A stretch of DNA of 64,000 bases from Eledone cirrhosa (GCA_964016885.1 OZ024752.1:36890001-36954000), one strand, 5' to 3'. Counted from the first letter of the stretch, positions 12,821 through 25,954 are shown. Numbers and translations: made by a program. Notes: generated by a model from the sequence alone, not told the origin.

Positions 12821-13401
12821 GTTGTGCCGATATCTGGGAACCTAAAGTGTTACGGTCTGGCTGTGGATCCCATTTCCGTGTTCCTGTCTATAATAATATC
12901 TCTTGGGGAAGTATGTCAAATTATATACAAGAAGACATTCAAGTGTTGTTGGCATCAACAATGAGAAATGATAAATTAGAATCTCAGCCATCTTGTAATT
13001 TTGAGGATATGCATAGACTAATTAATCTAACAGAAGATGACGAGTCAAAAGGTGAGGAGTCAGAGTCAGAAGATGACGATTTAGAAGACAATGAGTCGAC
13101 AGACATGCCTGAGGATATTACTGGTATGTCAACTGAAGATGAACTGTTGTACCATAAAGCACCACTACCTAATAATGTCTATCATCAGACTTCTTACACG
13201 GGAAGAGAGATTGCTCTGGTAGTCGGCAATGAAGCTCATGGACTAAGTGCCGATGCCAAAAAGTTTGCTTTTGAAAATTATGGCCAATATGTTTCCATCC
13301 CATTAGCGAATGGAGTTGAGAGTCTAAATAGTGTTGTGGCAGCTTCTGTCTTTATGTTTGAAATTCGGAAACAGCTGAAGTCTTCTTCTGCAAAACTATA
13401 A
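12821..13401 (+). CDS. MRM3: MRM3 exon 4 (SPOUT catalytic knot, motifs 2 and 3, stop codon)
   Basis: Acceptor ttatttag|GT. Reads GCADIWEPKVLRSGCGSHF...ALVVGNEAHGLS...IPLANGVESLNSVVAASVFMFE, then TAA. Exon total 284+245+159+581 = 1269 nt = 422 aa plus stop. Confidence 0.95.
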
Positions 13402-13458
13402 CATTAACTTCCATTTCAGCTGATTAGAAAAGTGTATGTAGCTTTTAAAATATATACA

Positions 13459-13787
13459 CAGTGGAATCTCAGGTCACCAACACTAATCATCACAAACAAA
13501 CCAGCTCATGGAGAATTTTTTCCAAACATAAAATGCTTGGTTCACGAACAAAGACTTGAGTAACGAACATGCAAGCTGGCAACAATAGTTGGCAACAAGC
13601 TTGGATTATCAGTGGGAAAGCATCACTTGTTGTGTTGTGTAATTAGTTACTATGGTGATATCTATGTGTCTTTCACACACAGTCTCTCTCTCACTGTATT
13701 TCACTCTCAACTTTTCATATGGGAAAAATAGTTTCAGTTTATGAACATTTCGGGAACGAATTAAATTTGTGAACTGATGTTCCACTG
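13459..13787. mobile_element. Tc1/mariner (Tigger-like) MITE just downstream of the MRM3 stop
   Basis: Ends CAGTGGAA... and ...GTTCCACTG followed by TA. Confidence 0.55.
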
Positions 13788-14489
13788 TATATAATTTTTT
13801 TGTTTCTTTTTGTATATGAATTGAGAAAATTTGCAAGAAAATATATTTAATTATAACCAAAATATATTTAATTATACTTAGATATATTTAAATATATTTA
13901 ACTATAACCAAAAGTTGAGTTTTTAATTTTACTTCATCATCATCATTGAATGTCTATTTTCCATGCTTGCATGGGTTGTCACATTATGAGACATGTCATG
14001 TCAGGAGACCACGTCTTGCTCATACAGTTCTATACTCTGGCTTGGTTTCTACAGCTGGATGCTCTTCCTAATACCAACTACATTACAGTGTGGATTATAT
14101 ACATCAAGTGATGTATATATATCATCATCATCATCGTTTAACATCCATCTTCCACGCAAGCACGGGTTGGATGGGTTTGTCCCACTTGAGGCAAGATTGG
14201 TCGGGTGACCATGCCTCGCTCGTATTCTACGGCTTGATGCCCTTCCTAACACAAACCACATTTACAGTGTGGACTGAGTGCTTTTTGTCGTGTCACCTAC
14301 ACCACCACTTTACAGTGGACAGAAGTGGGAGGATGGAGTAAGGGGTGGGGTGGGTTGTATACTTGGTTAAGAGGTGCCTACTGGTTGTAGGTTTATATAT
14401 ATATATATATACAGGGTGTCCCAGAAATACATACATATTTATTAGAATGCTGATGAAGTCCGTATACATTTTTGAGGGGGCACCCTGTC

Positions 14490-14830
14490 ATCATCATCAT
14501 CATTTCATTTTACGTCCACTTTTCCCTGCTTGCAAGGGTGTGACGGGAACTGATTCTGGCTTGATTTCTACAGCTGGATGCCCTTCCTAACACCAACCTC
14601 ATTTACAGTGAGTGCTGGGTGCTTTTTTGCCGTGGCACCTCCACGACCACTTTGCAGTGGAATGATATGGACCCCAGTCCCTATCATCTCCTTTCTACAG
14701 CTGAGTAAACTGGAGCAATGTGAAATAAAGTGTCTTGCTCAAGGAAACAACACATCACCCGGTCTGAGAATTGAACTCACAACCTTTCGATTGCAAGGCC
14801 AATGCTCTAACCACTAAGCCATGTGCCTCC
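14490..14830 (-). mobile_element. tRNA-head / CORE-like / RTE-tail SINE; near-identical copy at about 18905-19242
   Basis: Minus strand: TGGCTTAGTGG A box, GAGTTCAATTC B box, TCCTTGAGCAAGACACTT core, then 3' end CCCTTGCAAGCAGGGAAAAGTGGACGTAAAATGA with a (TGA)n tail. Confidence 0.8.
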
Positions 14831-14940
14831 ATGTATATATATATATTAACAATATTAATAAATGGAAAAATATCTTTATAAAACCATATTTATTTTATTA
14901 TACGTATTTCAAGGACACAAAATTTTAGTGTGCTTTCATC

Positions 14941-16379
14941 ATCATCACCGTTTTACGTCCGTTCTTCCACGCTAGCATGGGTTAGACGGGTTGTCCTGTT
15001 GTGGGCAGTGTCTGGTCGGCTGACCATGCCTTGCTCATACAGGAACTGATTTGGCTTGATTTCTACAGCTGGATGCCCTTCCTAACAACACCAACCTCAT
15101 TTACAGTGAGTGCTGGGTGCTTTTTCGTGGCGCCTACACGTCCACTTTACAGTGTGGGCTGGGTGCTTTTTTGCCGTGGCACCTCCACGACCATCTTGCG
15201 GTGTGGGGGCATATTGTCTATATGCTTCAACTTGTACCCATGGGAGGTCGGGTACTCTGTATTACTGCGTGACGCCAGAGGTCACGGTCGTGTGTCATTG
15301 CCTTTGAGAGGTGTAATTGGGTACGGTCGGCTTTTATCACCTCATCCCAGGTCATCTTGGGTCTCCCCACTCTGCGGTTTCCATCGACTTCTAGTGTTCT
15401 GCACCTTTTTATGCAGCTGTCATCCTTCAAACGCATCACATGTCCATACCAGCACAACCGCCTCTCCTGCACACAGCATTTGATTCTTCTTATGCTCAGT
15501 CTCTCTCTCAATTCATTTATGCTTTGTCGTTCACGTATATTACTGTTACACATCCATCGGAGCATGCAGGCTTCGTTTCTCTCTAATCTACGTAAGTCTT
15601 CCACCTTCAGCGCCCAGGCCTCACTACCATGCAACATTGCTGTTCGGATACACGCATCATACAGTCTGCCTTTCATTCTGAGGGAGAAGCCTTTTGCAGC
15701 TAGCAGTGGTAGTAGTTCCCTAAACTTCTTCCATCCCGTTCTTACTCTAGTTATTGTACTTTCTGAACACCCACCTCCGCTGCTAATTCGGTCACCTAGG
15801 TAGCAGAAGCTGTCTACTGTTTCTACAGAGCCCTCCCAGAGATTGGTGGTACTTGTTTCCTGTGGCTGTTTGCTGTCCCAGCACAGCTGCTGCATGTGAA
15901 GCCTACATTCTTAATTAAGCTTCCTGAGATCCCGCTACATCTCTTGTGTACCCATTGTTTGCATTTGGGGCAGAGAATGGAGTTCCTACCTACACCTTTC
16001 CTACATACTGAGCAAGGCCATTTCCCTGAGGGGATCTGGGTTCTGTTTTCTCGTCTACTTATAAGGACCTTAGTCTTTGTCATGTTGACTTTGAGACCCT
16101 TTCTTTCTAGTCCCTGCTTCCAAGTTTGGAATTTCTTCTCTAGTTCTACCATAGATTCAGCTATGAGTGCGAGGTCATCAGCATACAGGAGTTCCCATGG
16201 GCATCCGGTCTTAAACTCCTCCGTTATTGCCTGCAGGACTATGATGAACAGGATGGGGCTAAGAACAGAGCCCTGGTGGACCCCAACCTGTACGCTAAAT
16301 TCCTCGCTGATTCCTCATTGGTAATCCTAACTTTGCTGACTGCTCCCCTATATATGGCTTGTACTGCTTTCACAAGCCA
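14941..16379 (-). mobile_element. 5'-truncated RTE-clade LINE (frameshifted RT C-terminal half) inserted into a PLE hammerhead
   Basis: ORFs 15823-16152 and 15227-15895 (WPCSVCRKGVGRNSI, RLCWYGHVMR). LYADDL and GVHQGSVL motifs lie upstream. (CAT)n tail at 14937-14947 and ttcatca duplicated at both ends. Confidence 0.9.
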
Positions 16380-16486
16380 TTCATCAGATAAAATATATTT
16401 GGTGTTAAGATATTGACATACCTTAACGTAGACTAAATATTTAGTCTACGCTAAGGTATGTCAATATCTTAACACCAAATATTATA

Positions 16487-16542
16487 TTTTATCTGATGAA
16501 AGCACACTAAAATGTTGTGTCCTTGAAATACATATAATAAAA
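16487..16542 (+). ncRNA. Type I hammerhead ribozyme (PLE type, slightly degenerate)
   Basis: UUUUAU CUGAUGA AAGCACAC...GUGUCCUU GAAA U ACAU AUA AUAAAA. The split mirror copy has the palindromic loop ACGU. Confidence 0.65.
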
Positions 16543-16674
16543 TAAATATGGTATTATAAAAATATTTATTAATATTGTTAATATTAATAATACTCCAGAT
16601 AAATTCTATAGAGTCCTTCAAAACTGTTATAAAATTAACTTTGTTGAATGATAATCAACAAACCATATAACTCA

Positions 16675-18033
16675 ACGTTTAACGTCCGTGTTCCACGCTT
16701 GCATGGGTTTGGACGGGGGTTTTCCCACTTGAGGCAAGAGTGATTGTCTTGCTCGCATAGGACTGTCTGGCGGGTTTTCTACGGCTGGATGCCCTTCCTA
16801 ACACCAACCACATTTACAGTGTGGGGCTGGGAGGTTTTTACCGTGTTGCCTACACGGCCACATTACAGCGTGGACTGTGTGTTTTTTGTCGTGACACCTA
16901 CACGATCTCATTTGTTTCGGCCTGGATGGTGTGGCACCAACATAACTTTACATAGAAGGGGGCGGTGTGGATGGGGTGGGGGGTGGGTGGGACGGGGGTG
17001 TATTTTGTTAGAGATGCCTACTGACTGTAGTAGGTTTTACTATGTATTTAGGTAAGGCGGGTCTTCTCTATTACTGAGTACCGCCAAAGGTCTCGGTCCA
17101 GTGACATTGTCTTGGAGAGGTGTAAGTGTGTGAGGTCGGAGTTTATCAGCTCGTCCCAGATTTTTCTAAGTCTGCCTATTCCGTGGCTACCGTCTATCTT
17201 TATTGCCCTGCACTTTGTTATACAGCTATCGACTTTCATGCGCATCACGTGTCCATACCAACGTAGCCTTCTCTCGAGTAAACAACATCTGATCCCTCTT
17301 ATTTTTAATTTTTTCCTTAGTTCGTTTATGCTTTGCCGTTCACGTATATTACTATTACACATCCAGCGGAGCATGCAAGCTTCGTTCCTCTCTAGTCTGC
17401 GTATATCCTCTGCACACAATGCCCAGGTCTCACTGCCATGCAACATTGTTGTTTGTATGCAGGCATCATACAACCGGCCTTTCATTTTTAGGGCGAACCC
17501 TTTAGCGGCTAATAGTGGTATAAGCTCTCTGAACTTTTTCCATCCAGTTCTGACTCTAGCTACTGTACTTTCAGAGCACCCTTCCCCACTGCTGATTTTG
17601 TCACCCAGGTAACGGAAGCTGTCCACTATTTCTATAGAGCCCTCTGCGCAGTTGAAAGAGCTAGTATTTTGTGGGCACTTGCTGCTACTTATTGCACCAG
17701 AGCACTGGCCACATGTGAAATCTATGTTCTTAGCTTACCTGTGATCCCACTACATCTTTTATGCACCCATACTTTGCATTTGGGACATAAAATGGAGTTT
17801 CTACCTACGCCTTTCCTACACACTGAGCATGGCCACTTCCCGGAAGGGACCGCCGCCTTATTTTTTTTCCTACAAACTAGAACTTTGGTCTTAGCCAGGT
17901 TAATTTTAAGGCCTTTTGATTCTAGGCCGTGCTTCCATGTTTGGAATTTCTTCTCTAGTTCGGTCATTGATTCAGCTATGAGTGTTAGGTCGTCTGCGTA
18001 TAGGAGTTCCCATGGGCAGCCGGTCTTGAACTC
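16675..18033 (-). mobile_element. 5'-truncated RTE LINE with long 3' UTR
   Basis: ORFs 17722-18084 (EFKTGCPWELLYADDL, PHD-like Cys cluster) and 17048-17626. 3' end GGACGTTAAACG. Confidence 0.9.
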
Positions 18034-18046
18034 CATATATATATAT

Positions 18047-18238
18047 ATAACAAAGGAATTGTGGTAAGGAACCAAATGGACCATAACACACCAGAGTACT
18101 TATGGTAGTAGAGTGGGAAATAGGAAAAAGTAAGACCCCGACGGCAGAGCTCAAGCCGTTTCGGCGGCTATTTCTGGACAGAAATAGCCGTCGAAACGGC
18201 TTGAGCTCTGCCGTCGGGGTCTTACTTTTTCCTATTTA
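18047..18238 (-). mobile_element. Palindromic (TA)n-targeting element, probably PLE pseudo-LTR derived; copies at about 3785-3920, 25733-25952, 30248-30360, 30480-30585, 48885-49076 and 62172-62368
   Basis: About 55-bp arms ataggaaaaagtaagaccccgacgg...gccgtttcg / cgaaacggc...ccgtcggggtcttactttttcctat, plus a shared tail gtattgagtactttggtgcgttatggtccacctggttccttaccac, nearly always abutting (TA)n. Confidence 0.7.
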
Positions 18239-20964
18239 TATATATATATATTTACTTATATATATATATATCATCATCTGTTTTTTCATGCTTGCATGGG
18301 TTAGGTGGGCTGTCACAATATGTCGGGTCAAGAGACCGCATTTTGCTCTTAAAGATCTGTATTTTGGCTTAGGTTTCTACACCTGGATTACCTTCCTAAT
18401 GCCAACCATCTTACAGTTTAATATTGTTTATGAAGGTTTTGCTATACTCAGATGAATCTTATATTTCCCAATGGGAAGTACAAACCCATAAAATGAGAAG
18501 CAATAAACAAGAAATCATCATCACCATCATTATCATTATCATCCTATTTAATTATTCCATATAAATAGCTGTGCATAGAATATTCCAGTAGGTAAGACTA
18601 ATCTCAATTTGCTGAACTTCAATGGAGATGATACTGCACCAGGAAATGCATGCAACATTGGTAAAACGGATACTTCTATATAGTAATGTTGTTGGATGGT
18701 TGTGCTGATGATACAACAAAATATGTCTAGTCCACCCTGTAATGTGGTCATATTGGTACCAATATGAAAAAGTACCTAGTCCATGTTGTTAGATTGTAGT
18801 TTTGGTGCCACTATAAACAGCACCCAGTCCACCCTGTAATTCTTGATTATTTTCAAAATTATTTGAAAACCATTGGCAGTGTCTATCATTAGAAATAAGG
18901 TAATCATCATCATCATCATCATCATCATTTTACGTCCACTTTTCCCTGCTTGCAAGGGTGGGACGGGAACTGATTCTGACTTGATTTCTACAGCTGGATG
19001 CCCTTCCTAACACCAACCTCATTTACAGTGAGTGCTGGGTGCTTTTTTGCCGTGGCACCTCCACGACCACTTTGCAGTGGAATGATAGGGACCCAATCCC
19101 TATCATCTCATTTCTACAGCTGAGTAAACTGGAGCAATGTGAAATAAAGTGTCTTGCTCAAGGAAACAACACATCACCCGGTCTGAGAATTGAACTCACA
19201 ACCTTTCGATTGCAAGGCCAATGCTCTAACCACTAAGCCATGTTTCGACTTTTTTTGGCACAAGGCTAGTAATTTGAAGAGAAGAGGAAAGTAGTTTAAA
19301 TTGGTCCCAGTCTGTTACTGGTACTTTAGTTTATCAACCCCGTAAAGATGAAAGGCGAAGCTAACCTCGGCGGGATTTAAACTTAGAATGTAAAAGGACA
19401 TAACTAAATGCCACAAAACATGTCCGACGATCTATCAATACTATCAATAATGGAAAGATGCATAGTATAATGTAGTCCAAGGTATACTGTGCTTTAAAAA
19501 AGGCAGCATGCCTTTTTAAGTCTAGCTCAACTAGGTTTGACCTAGGGCTAAACAATAATGGCACAAGGCCAACAATTTTAAGGGAGGAGAAAGTCGATTA
19601 AATCGACCCCAGTGCATTGCTGGTACTTTATTTTATTGACCCTGTAAGGATGAAAGGCAAATCTAACCTCATCTGGCTTTGAACTCAGAACATAAAAGGA
19701 CGTAACTAAGATACATAGTATGATGTAGACCATGGTACACTGTGGTTTAAAAAAGGCAGCAGCGTGCCTTTTTTCATAAGTCTGGCTCACCCATGTCTGA
19801 CCTAGGGTTAAATAGCAAATAACAACAGTCATAAATATAATTGTTTCTACTTTAGGCACAAGGCCAGCAATAAACCAGTACATTACTGGTACTTTATTTT
19901 ATCGACCCCGTGAGGATGAAAGGCAAAGTTAACCTCGACGGGATTTGAACTCAGACCGTAAAGGGACGTAACTATGCTGGAAAGCATGGCGTCCGACTCT
20001 ATCGCCCTTAGTCATAAATATAATAATCTACCGCCCTTAGTCATAAATATAATGATCACCAAATATTCTTTCCTGGAAAGTTCACATCCTCAAGTTACTT
20101 GTACTAAATTACCTCATGTTTGTGAAGAAATCTGCACTGTCATTTTCTACATAACCTGCTGAGTCATCTTCTGTATACCACATATACTAGAATATTAGAA
20201 GAGGAATATGTGACCTTTACGGTCTGAGTTCAAATCCCGACGAGGTTAACTTGCCTTTCATCCTTACGGGGTCGATAAAATAAAGCACCAGTAATACACT
20301 GGGGATAACTGCTGGCCTTGTGCCAAAAATAGAAACAGTTATTTATTATTTCTTTGTCAACATCCTTCGTACTTCAATAGTTTCTATATGGTTACTGCCG
20401 TCGTTTGGATCTACGGAGTTACTGATATGCAACTTAACCTGGACAGTTGCCATCGAGATCGGATTAAAGTAATTAAAGCCTTTGGAGCAGGCATGGGCAA
20501 CCTGCGGCCCGCGAAGCTTTCTAAATGGCTCGCCTAAGTGAAATCTTTCTGGGTTTTTTTACCCCAACTTTTCAGTCGTAATTTATCTTTCTATCATTTT
20601 TACGATCGAAGAAAACAACGTGTACGAATTCTGAAGAAACAAATCAAAACAACCTGAATTACCACCCTTTTTTTAATGTGGATACGGATGTAAATTAGCT
20701 CTTGATGATGAGCCATATCTCCATATTTGGTGTAATTTTGCTTATCTTATAGTTTAACTAAAGCTATACCTGTATATATATATATATAAAATAGAATTAG
20801 GATTTAGCTTCATGCATAGTTGTATAAAGATATATATTGAAATTTCGTATTTCTAAAGAAATACGGTATGTTTATGGGTAATCTTTTAGAAAGCTGTAGC
20901 TGTGCAAAACACCGGGGATATCGTCTTTTGGTGGTGTCCAGCAGAAATATATATATATATATAG

Positions 20965-21297
20965 ACAATATGCCCCCACACCCCCCACCGCAAGGTGGTC
21001 GTAGAGGTGCCACGGCAAAAAAGCACCCAGCCCACACTGTAAAGTGGACGTGTAGGTGCCACGAAAAAGCACTCAGCCCTCACTGTAAAGTGGACGTGTA
21101 GGCGCCACGAAAAAGCACTCAGCCCTCACTGTAAATGAGGTTGGTGTGAGGAAGGGCATCCAGCTGTAGAAATCAAGCCAAATCAGTTCCTGTATGAGCA
21201 AGGCATGGTCAGCCGACCAGACACTGCCCACAACAGGACAACCCGTCTAACCCATGCTAGCGTGGAAGAACGGACGTAAAACGGTGATGATGATGAT
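20965..21297 (+). mobile_element. RTE 3'-UTR/tail fragment; similar pieces at about 9645-9920, 13935-14320, 30865-31195, 43440-43740, 43745-44390, 49880-50085 and 63180-63715
   Basis: AGGAAGGGCATCCAGCTGTAGAAA...AACCCATGCTAGCGTGGAAGAACGGACGTAAAACGGTGATGATG, shared with RTE 3' ends. Confidence 0.8.
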
Positions 21298-21429
21298 ATA
21301 TATATATAGTTTAACTAAAGCTATACCTACAAACTACTGAAAATGACATGTTTTAAGGCAATACCAATATACGTTGTCTTCCATTTTGTATGCTATATTA
21401 TCTTGAATGTCAAGTTCGTAGATTTATTT

Positions 21430-21545
21430 TCTTCTTTTCTTCGGCCACTTATTCCTGAGAGGGTCCTCGAACACTCCCTCCAGTGGGTCCTGTCTGAAGC
21501 AACCGTCTCCAACTGATCCGGTTTGATCTCCAAGCGTCTCAAGCT
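21430..21545 (-). mobile_element. Degenerate 3' end of a second (BovB-like) RTE-type LINE ORF
   Basis: Minus strand reads PDQLETVASDRTHWRE, resembling the E..A.DR..WR C-terminal motif of RTE ORFs. Confidence 0.45.
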
Positions 21546-23918
21546 TCAAATCTCGACCTTACTCGAATACCTTGAAGAGTTAAGAAATTTTGACAGACAT
21601 ATATAAAGCAAATTATTGAAGGAATTGATAATATAGTGAATCTATGAAAATAGAACCTGTAAATAATTTGATCCAAATATTACGAAGCAACTGGATAGAA
21701 GCCAAATAATGGATGTGAGATCTGGTAATAGAAATCAAAATCTTCCGTTGACACAAGTCGAAAGGGAAGAAGATTCATGTCGACATACCACTTGATGCTA
21801 CTTAGCGGAAATCACTGGCACACATGATTCACAAAAACAAGCCTACTTAAGAAAATATGTTTGATTGATGATGTTATTGCAAAATGAACACTACCTTCTA
21901 CAATGAAACCATCCCACGTTATCTGAAAATGAACTTTAAAAAAAACCAAACGACTGAGTTAGTACACTAATACGATACTGTCTTTAACGATAAAGATTTT
22001 ACGACAGAAATGTAACGGGTTCATTACATAAACTCAGAGCTAGACTTTCACCCGTTGAAGCCCGAGACTATATGAACTACATGAAATTTGAGGCCCTTCT
22101 CTAAATAAATAAAAATATTATTTTTTATATTTATAATAATTGTTTCTACTTTTGGCAGCAATTATCCCAGTGCATTACTGGTACTTTATTTTATCGACCC
22201 CATAAGGATGAAAGGCAAAGTTAACCTCGGCGGGATTTGAACTCAGACAATAAAGGGCCGTAACTCTTTGCTTACAAAGCATGGCGTCTGACCCTCTACC
22301 GATACTGCCAATTTATAATAATTGTTTCTACTTTAGGCACAAGGCCAGCAATTACCCAGTGCATTACTGGTACTTTATTTTATCGACCCCGTAAGGATGA
22401 AAGGCAAAGTCAACCTCGGCGGGATTTGAAATCAGATCGTAAAGGGACGTAACTATGCTGAATAATGATGAAGAATAACACACACACACACACACATATG
22501 TATGTGTGTGTGTGTGTATATATATATATATAGAGAGAGAGATATATATATATAGGAGATGAATACATTGCGTATAATACCAGTTTCTTACCAAAAGCCA
22601 AGAAGCTCAATATATAACCATTTATGGAAGAATGCAGAGCATAAAATCTTTTAAATTAATTGACAACCAAAAAAGATACTTCAGATTTATGTCTACACAT
22701 GTTTCAACTTATATATACATACACACACACACATGTCAATTCTCACCGTCCGACAGGGAGACTCCCACCCACTCTGGAATGAATGAGAGATGTCTTCTCT
22801 TGTGAAAATGGGTATAGCGTTCATTATGTAAAATCTCCCCGCTTTGGGACACTTTTTTTCATGGTACTCCTCGTTTAGGTTTTTAGAGGTTGGCAAGTCT
22901 GTATATACATATATAATTTTTTATGAATATTTTTAACCCCTTAGCATTTAAACCGGCTATATCCGGCCAGAATTCTTTCACCGCTTTCTGTTCAAACCAA
23001 CTGTAACTGGCCACTAATATTAACATTAAGGTATTGTTCTCAAAATCAATACTATCAATATCTCGTAGATTCAATATTATGTAAGATAATTATGTAAGAT
23101 AAAGCCTTTCCCCCAAAAATATAATAGTATATATATAGTAATGTAAATGCTAAAGGGTTAAAAATGGGGCCATCGAAGGAGTGTGGCTGTAAACTATACC
23201 TTATTTAGCTTATAAGTCCAGCGTTGCGTAAGCACATTATTAAAAAAAAGTAGAAAATGAAACCTTTAGAATTGCTAAATTTATTAACTTTGAGAAATAT
23301 TTCCAATTGTTTGTGTTACTCTGGGAATATTGTTGACAATTTCAAGTATAGTAGCATACGTAAAAGGTTCTTACAAAAGGTTTTCAGGTCTACTATGTTT
23401 CAAACCATAGTTGTTAATTTACTAAAATCGGATATGGATGAAACAAAAAAAAATAATAATTTTGATAGTATTATAAGAAATCTTATAGGCGTTAGAATTT
23501 TAGAGTCGTTAGAATGCTTTGCGGTATTCATTTCGGCTTTCTGCTTTCTTAGAACATATCCTGCCTAAGTCAACTTTGCCTTTCAGCCATTCGCGGTGAT
23601 AGAAAAAAGTACCAGTCTAGTACTGGGGTCGATTCTTCCTCTATACCCCCCCCCCCCCTCTTTCTCTCTTTTTCACTGGAAGAATTCTGCTATACTCAGA
23701 CCTAGAAGCAAATAGGCTCTGCCATATTTTAAAATGCCTTAGAAATACCGTATGTCGATACAGCGTCCCGACGACTTCGTGATGAGTTACGGGACCATAC
23801 ATACATAAGAAATTTTACAGGTTAAATAAGACTGAAAAGCTCATTTCATCAGTTGGTTCGACTTAATATATTATATAACTTAAATTGTTATCTGTGATTC
23901 TGGTATACAAAGGTTAAC

Positions 23919-24102
23919 TGTTTCTACTTTAGGCACAAGGCCAGCAATTACCCAGTGCATTACTGGTACTTTATTTTATCGACCCCGTAAGGATGAAAGG
24001 CAAAGTCAACCTCGGCGGGATTTGAACTCAGATCGTAAAGGGACGTAACTATGCTGGAAAGCATGGTGTCCGACTCTCTACCGATACTGCCAATCCACCG
24101 CC
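23919..24102 (-). mobile_element. tRNA-derived SINE with 20-bp target-site duplication; at least 15 copies of the family in the window (e.g. 5094-5278, 22135-22460, 25143-25327, 34397-34618, 35057-35243, 36788-37150, 50960-51150, 52360-52550)
   Basis: A box TGGCAGTATCGG, B box GAGTTCAAATCC, central GCCTTTCATCCTTACGGGGTCGATAAAATAAAGTACC (Meta-domain-like, from memory). TSD tctggtatacaaaggttaac at 23899-23918 and 24103-24122. Confidence 0.9.
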
Positions 24103-25419
24103 TCTGGTATACAAAGGTTAACGTGTTTATGACAGTTTAGCAGTGGTCATATTCAGAAAGCCTGAGGTCGTTACGTTCAACTTCTTGCTCTTGCTCGTCG
24201 AGGCCAGTGTCATCCGAAGCCAGCGATCCCAAAGCATCGTCGTGTTTTCATAATGGTTAATAACACTTGCCTAAGTTACCATCCAATAGGATCGAAATTA
24301 GATCCTAATGATTGTGAAGTTTACTTATTAACATTTGAAACACACTATGATGAATTTTACCTTAGAAATAACACATGAAAATGGGATCTTGAGGATAGAG
24401 ACGTAACTAGGGTATAACAAGCACGCCACGTGTCATGGGCGTCACTTAAACGGGGGCGCCACTGAGACAAGGAGCACTTTCTATTAAAGTAAGATAAGCT
24501 ATCGTCGGAGAGCAAGAAAAAGAAACTTCTCCAGATCTATGATCTGTCTTTGATTATCCTAAGTGAGAAGCACTATGGTGGTTGGATCATTAAACCAATT
24601 ATATATATTATTAGACCTCCATAGGTAAAAGATACAATGTTTGGAACCACACGGCCGAACAGGCATACCTCATAGTATGGCTTGTGAAATATTTTAATAA
24701 GGTTTAATATTTATCAAATATCAGTATTACATAGATCGCACCCTTTAAATAAATACACTAACACTTTTGCAAATAATTCACATATACTGATTTTAAGGTT
24801 ATTTGAAAGATATTAGTCAGATATTTGGGCAGGGGCGCAAATTTACTGCGCTATTTTCCCTTGTTACGCTTCTGCTGCTGGGATATTCCTACAAACCAAC
24901 ATATCATGCAACTTAATATAACCACTCAGGAAGAATAATGTATGATTTTGATGAATGATATTTCAGCAATTCTATTAAGTGAGAGAAAGCTGAATCGCTG
25001 GGCGTAAAGTGTAAATGTGTGAGCAAGGGGAGCGTTATATAAGTAGTGAATGTTGTTCGAGCTGGATGTGCGGGGTGTAATTTTTCTCTCTCGTGGGTTT
25101 AGCTTGGAAAAAGATGGCTTCTTATTGCTGCAAACATATTAAATATTTTTCTACTTTTGGCACAAGGCCAGCAATTTCCCAGTGCATTACTGGTACTTTA
25201 TTTTATCGACCGCGTAAAGATGAAAGGCAAAGTTAACCTCGGCGGGATTTGAACTCAGACCGTAAAGGGACGTAACTATGCTGGAAAGCATGGCATCCGA
25301 ACCTCTACGGATACTGCCAATTCACCGATATTGCTGCTTCACTCCTCTCTCACGTGATTGAGTGTGTTTGTGTTTTACCACCATAACAATTATGTATATA
25401 TATATATATATATATGTGT

Positions 25420-25635
25420 GAAGGCGTGTGGCTGAGTGGTTAGAGAATTGGATTCGCAATCGTGAGGTTGTGAGTTCGATTCCCGGACCGGGCGATGCGT
25501 TATGTCCTTGAGCAAGACACTTTATTTCACGTTGCTCCTTCTACCTGGAGTTGCGACCGATAGATAGTATTAGCAATTGGAAAGACCAACGGAAACATTG
25601 TTCCCTCGGTCCGATTTGACGAAAGTCGATCGTAA
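25420..25635 (+). mobile_element. tRNA-derived CORE-like SINE; close copy inverted at about 43085-43300, others at about 4190-4410, 41350-41460 and 52830-53100
   Basis: TGGCTGAGTGG A box, GAGTTCGATTCC B box, TGTCCTTGAGCAAGACACTT core, A-rich tail. Confidence 0.85.
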
Positions 25636-25699
25636 AAAAAAAAAATATATATATATGTATATATATATATATATGTATATATATATGTATATATATATG

Positions 25700-25737
<38 letters not shown>

Positions 25738-25954
25738 AAAAGAGTCAGGACCCCGACGGCTGAGCTTCGGCCGTTTCGACAGCTAGGTCCGAGCGTTCAG
25801 ACTGCTAAGTCTGCGTTCAGACCTAGCTGTCGAAACGGCCGGAGCTCAACCGTCGGGGTCCTGACTCTTTTCCTATTACCCTCTCTACTACCCAGTATCG
25901 AGTACTTTGGTGCGTTATGGTCCACCTGGTACTTACCACACTTCCTTCGTTATA

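Larger units (their letters stand above)
14845..16590. mobile_element. PLE inverted pseudo-LTR palindrome (centre about 16438) whose left arm is split by the RTE insertion
   Basis: 14845-14940 joined to 16380-16438 is the reverse complement of 16439-16590. Confidence 0.7.

Noticed and set aside
15357-17612. Plus-strand ORFs overlapping RTE elements (also 44523-46916 and 47679-47969)
   Set aside because: Antisense shadows of RTE coding sequence.
20488-20540. hAT-like left end CAGGCATGGGCAACCTGCGGCCCGCG, and a possible hAT MITE at about 24400-24874
   Set aside because: No matching opposite TIR or TSD could be confirmed by eye.
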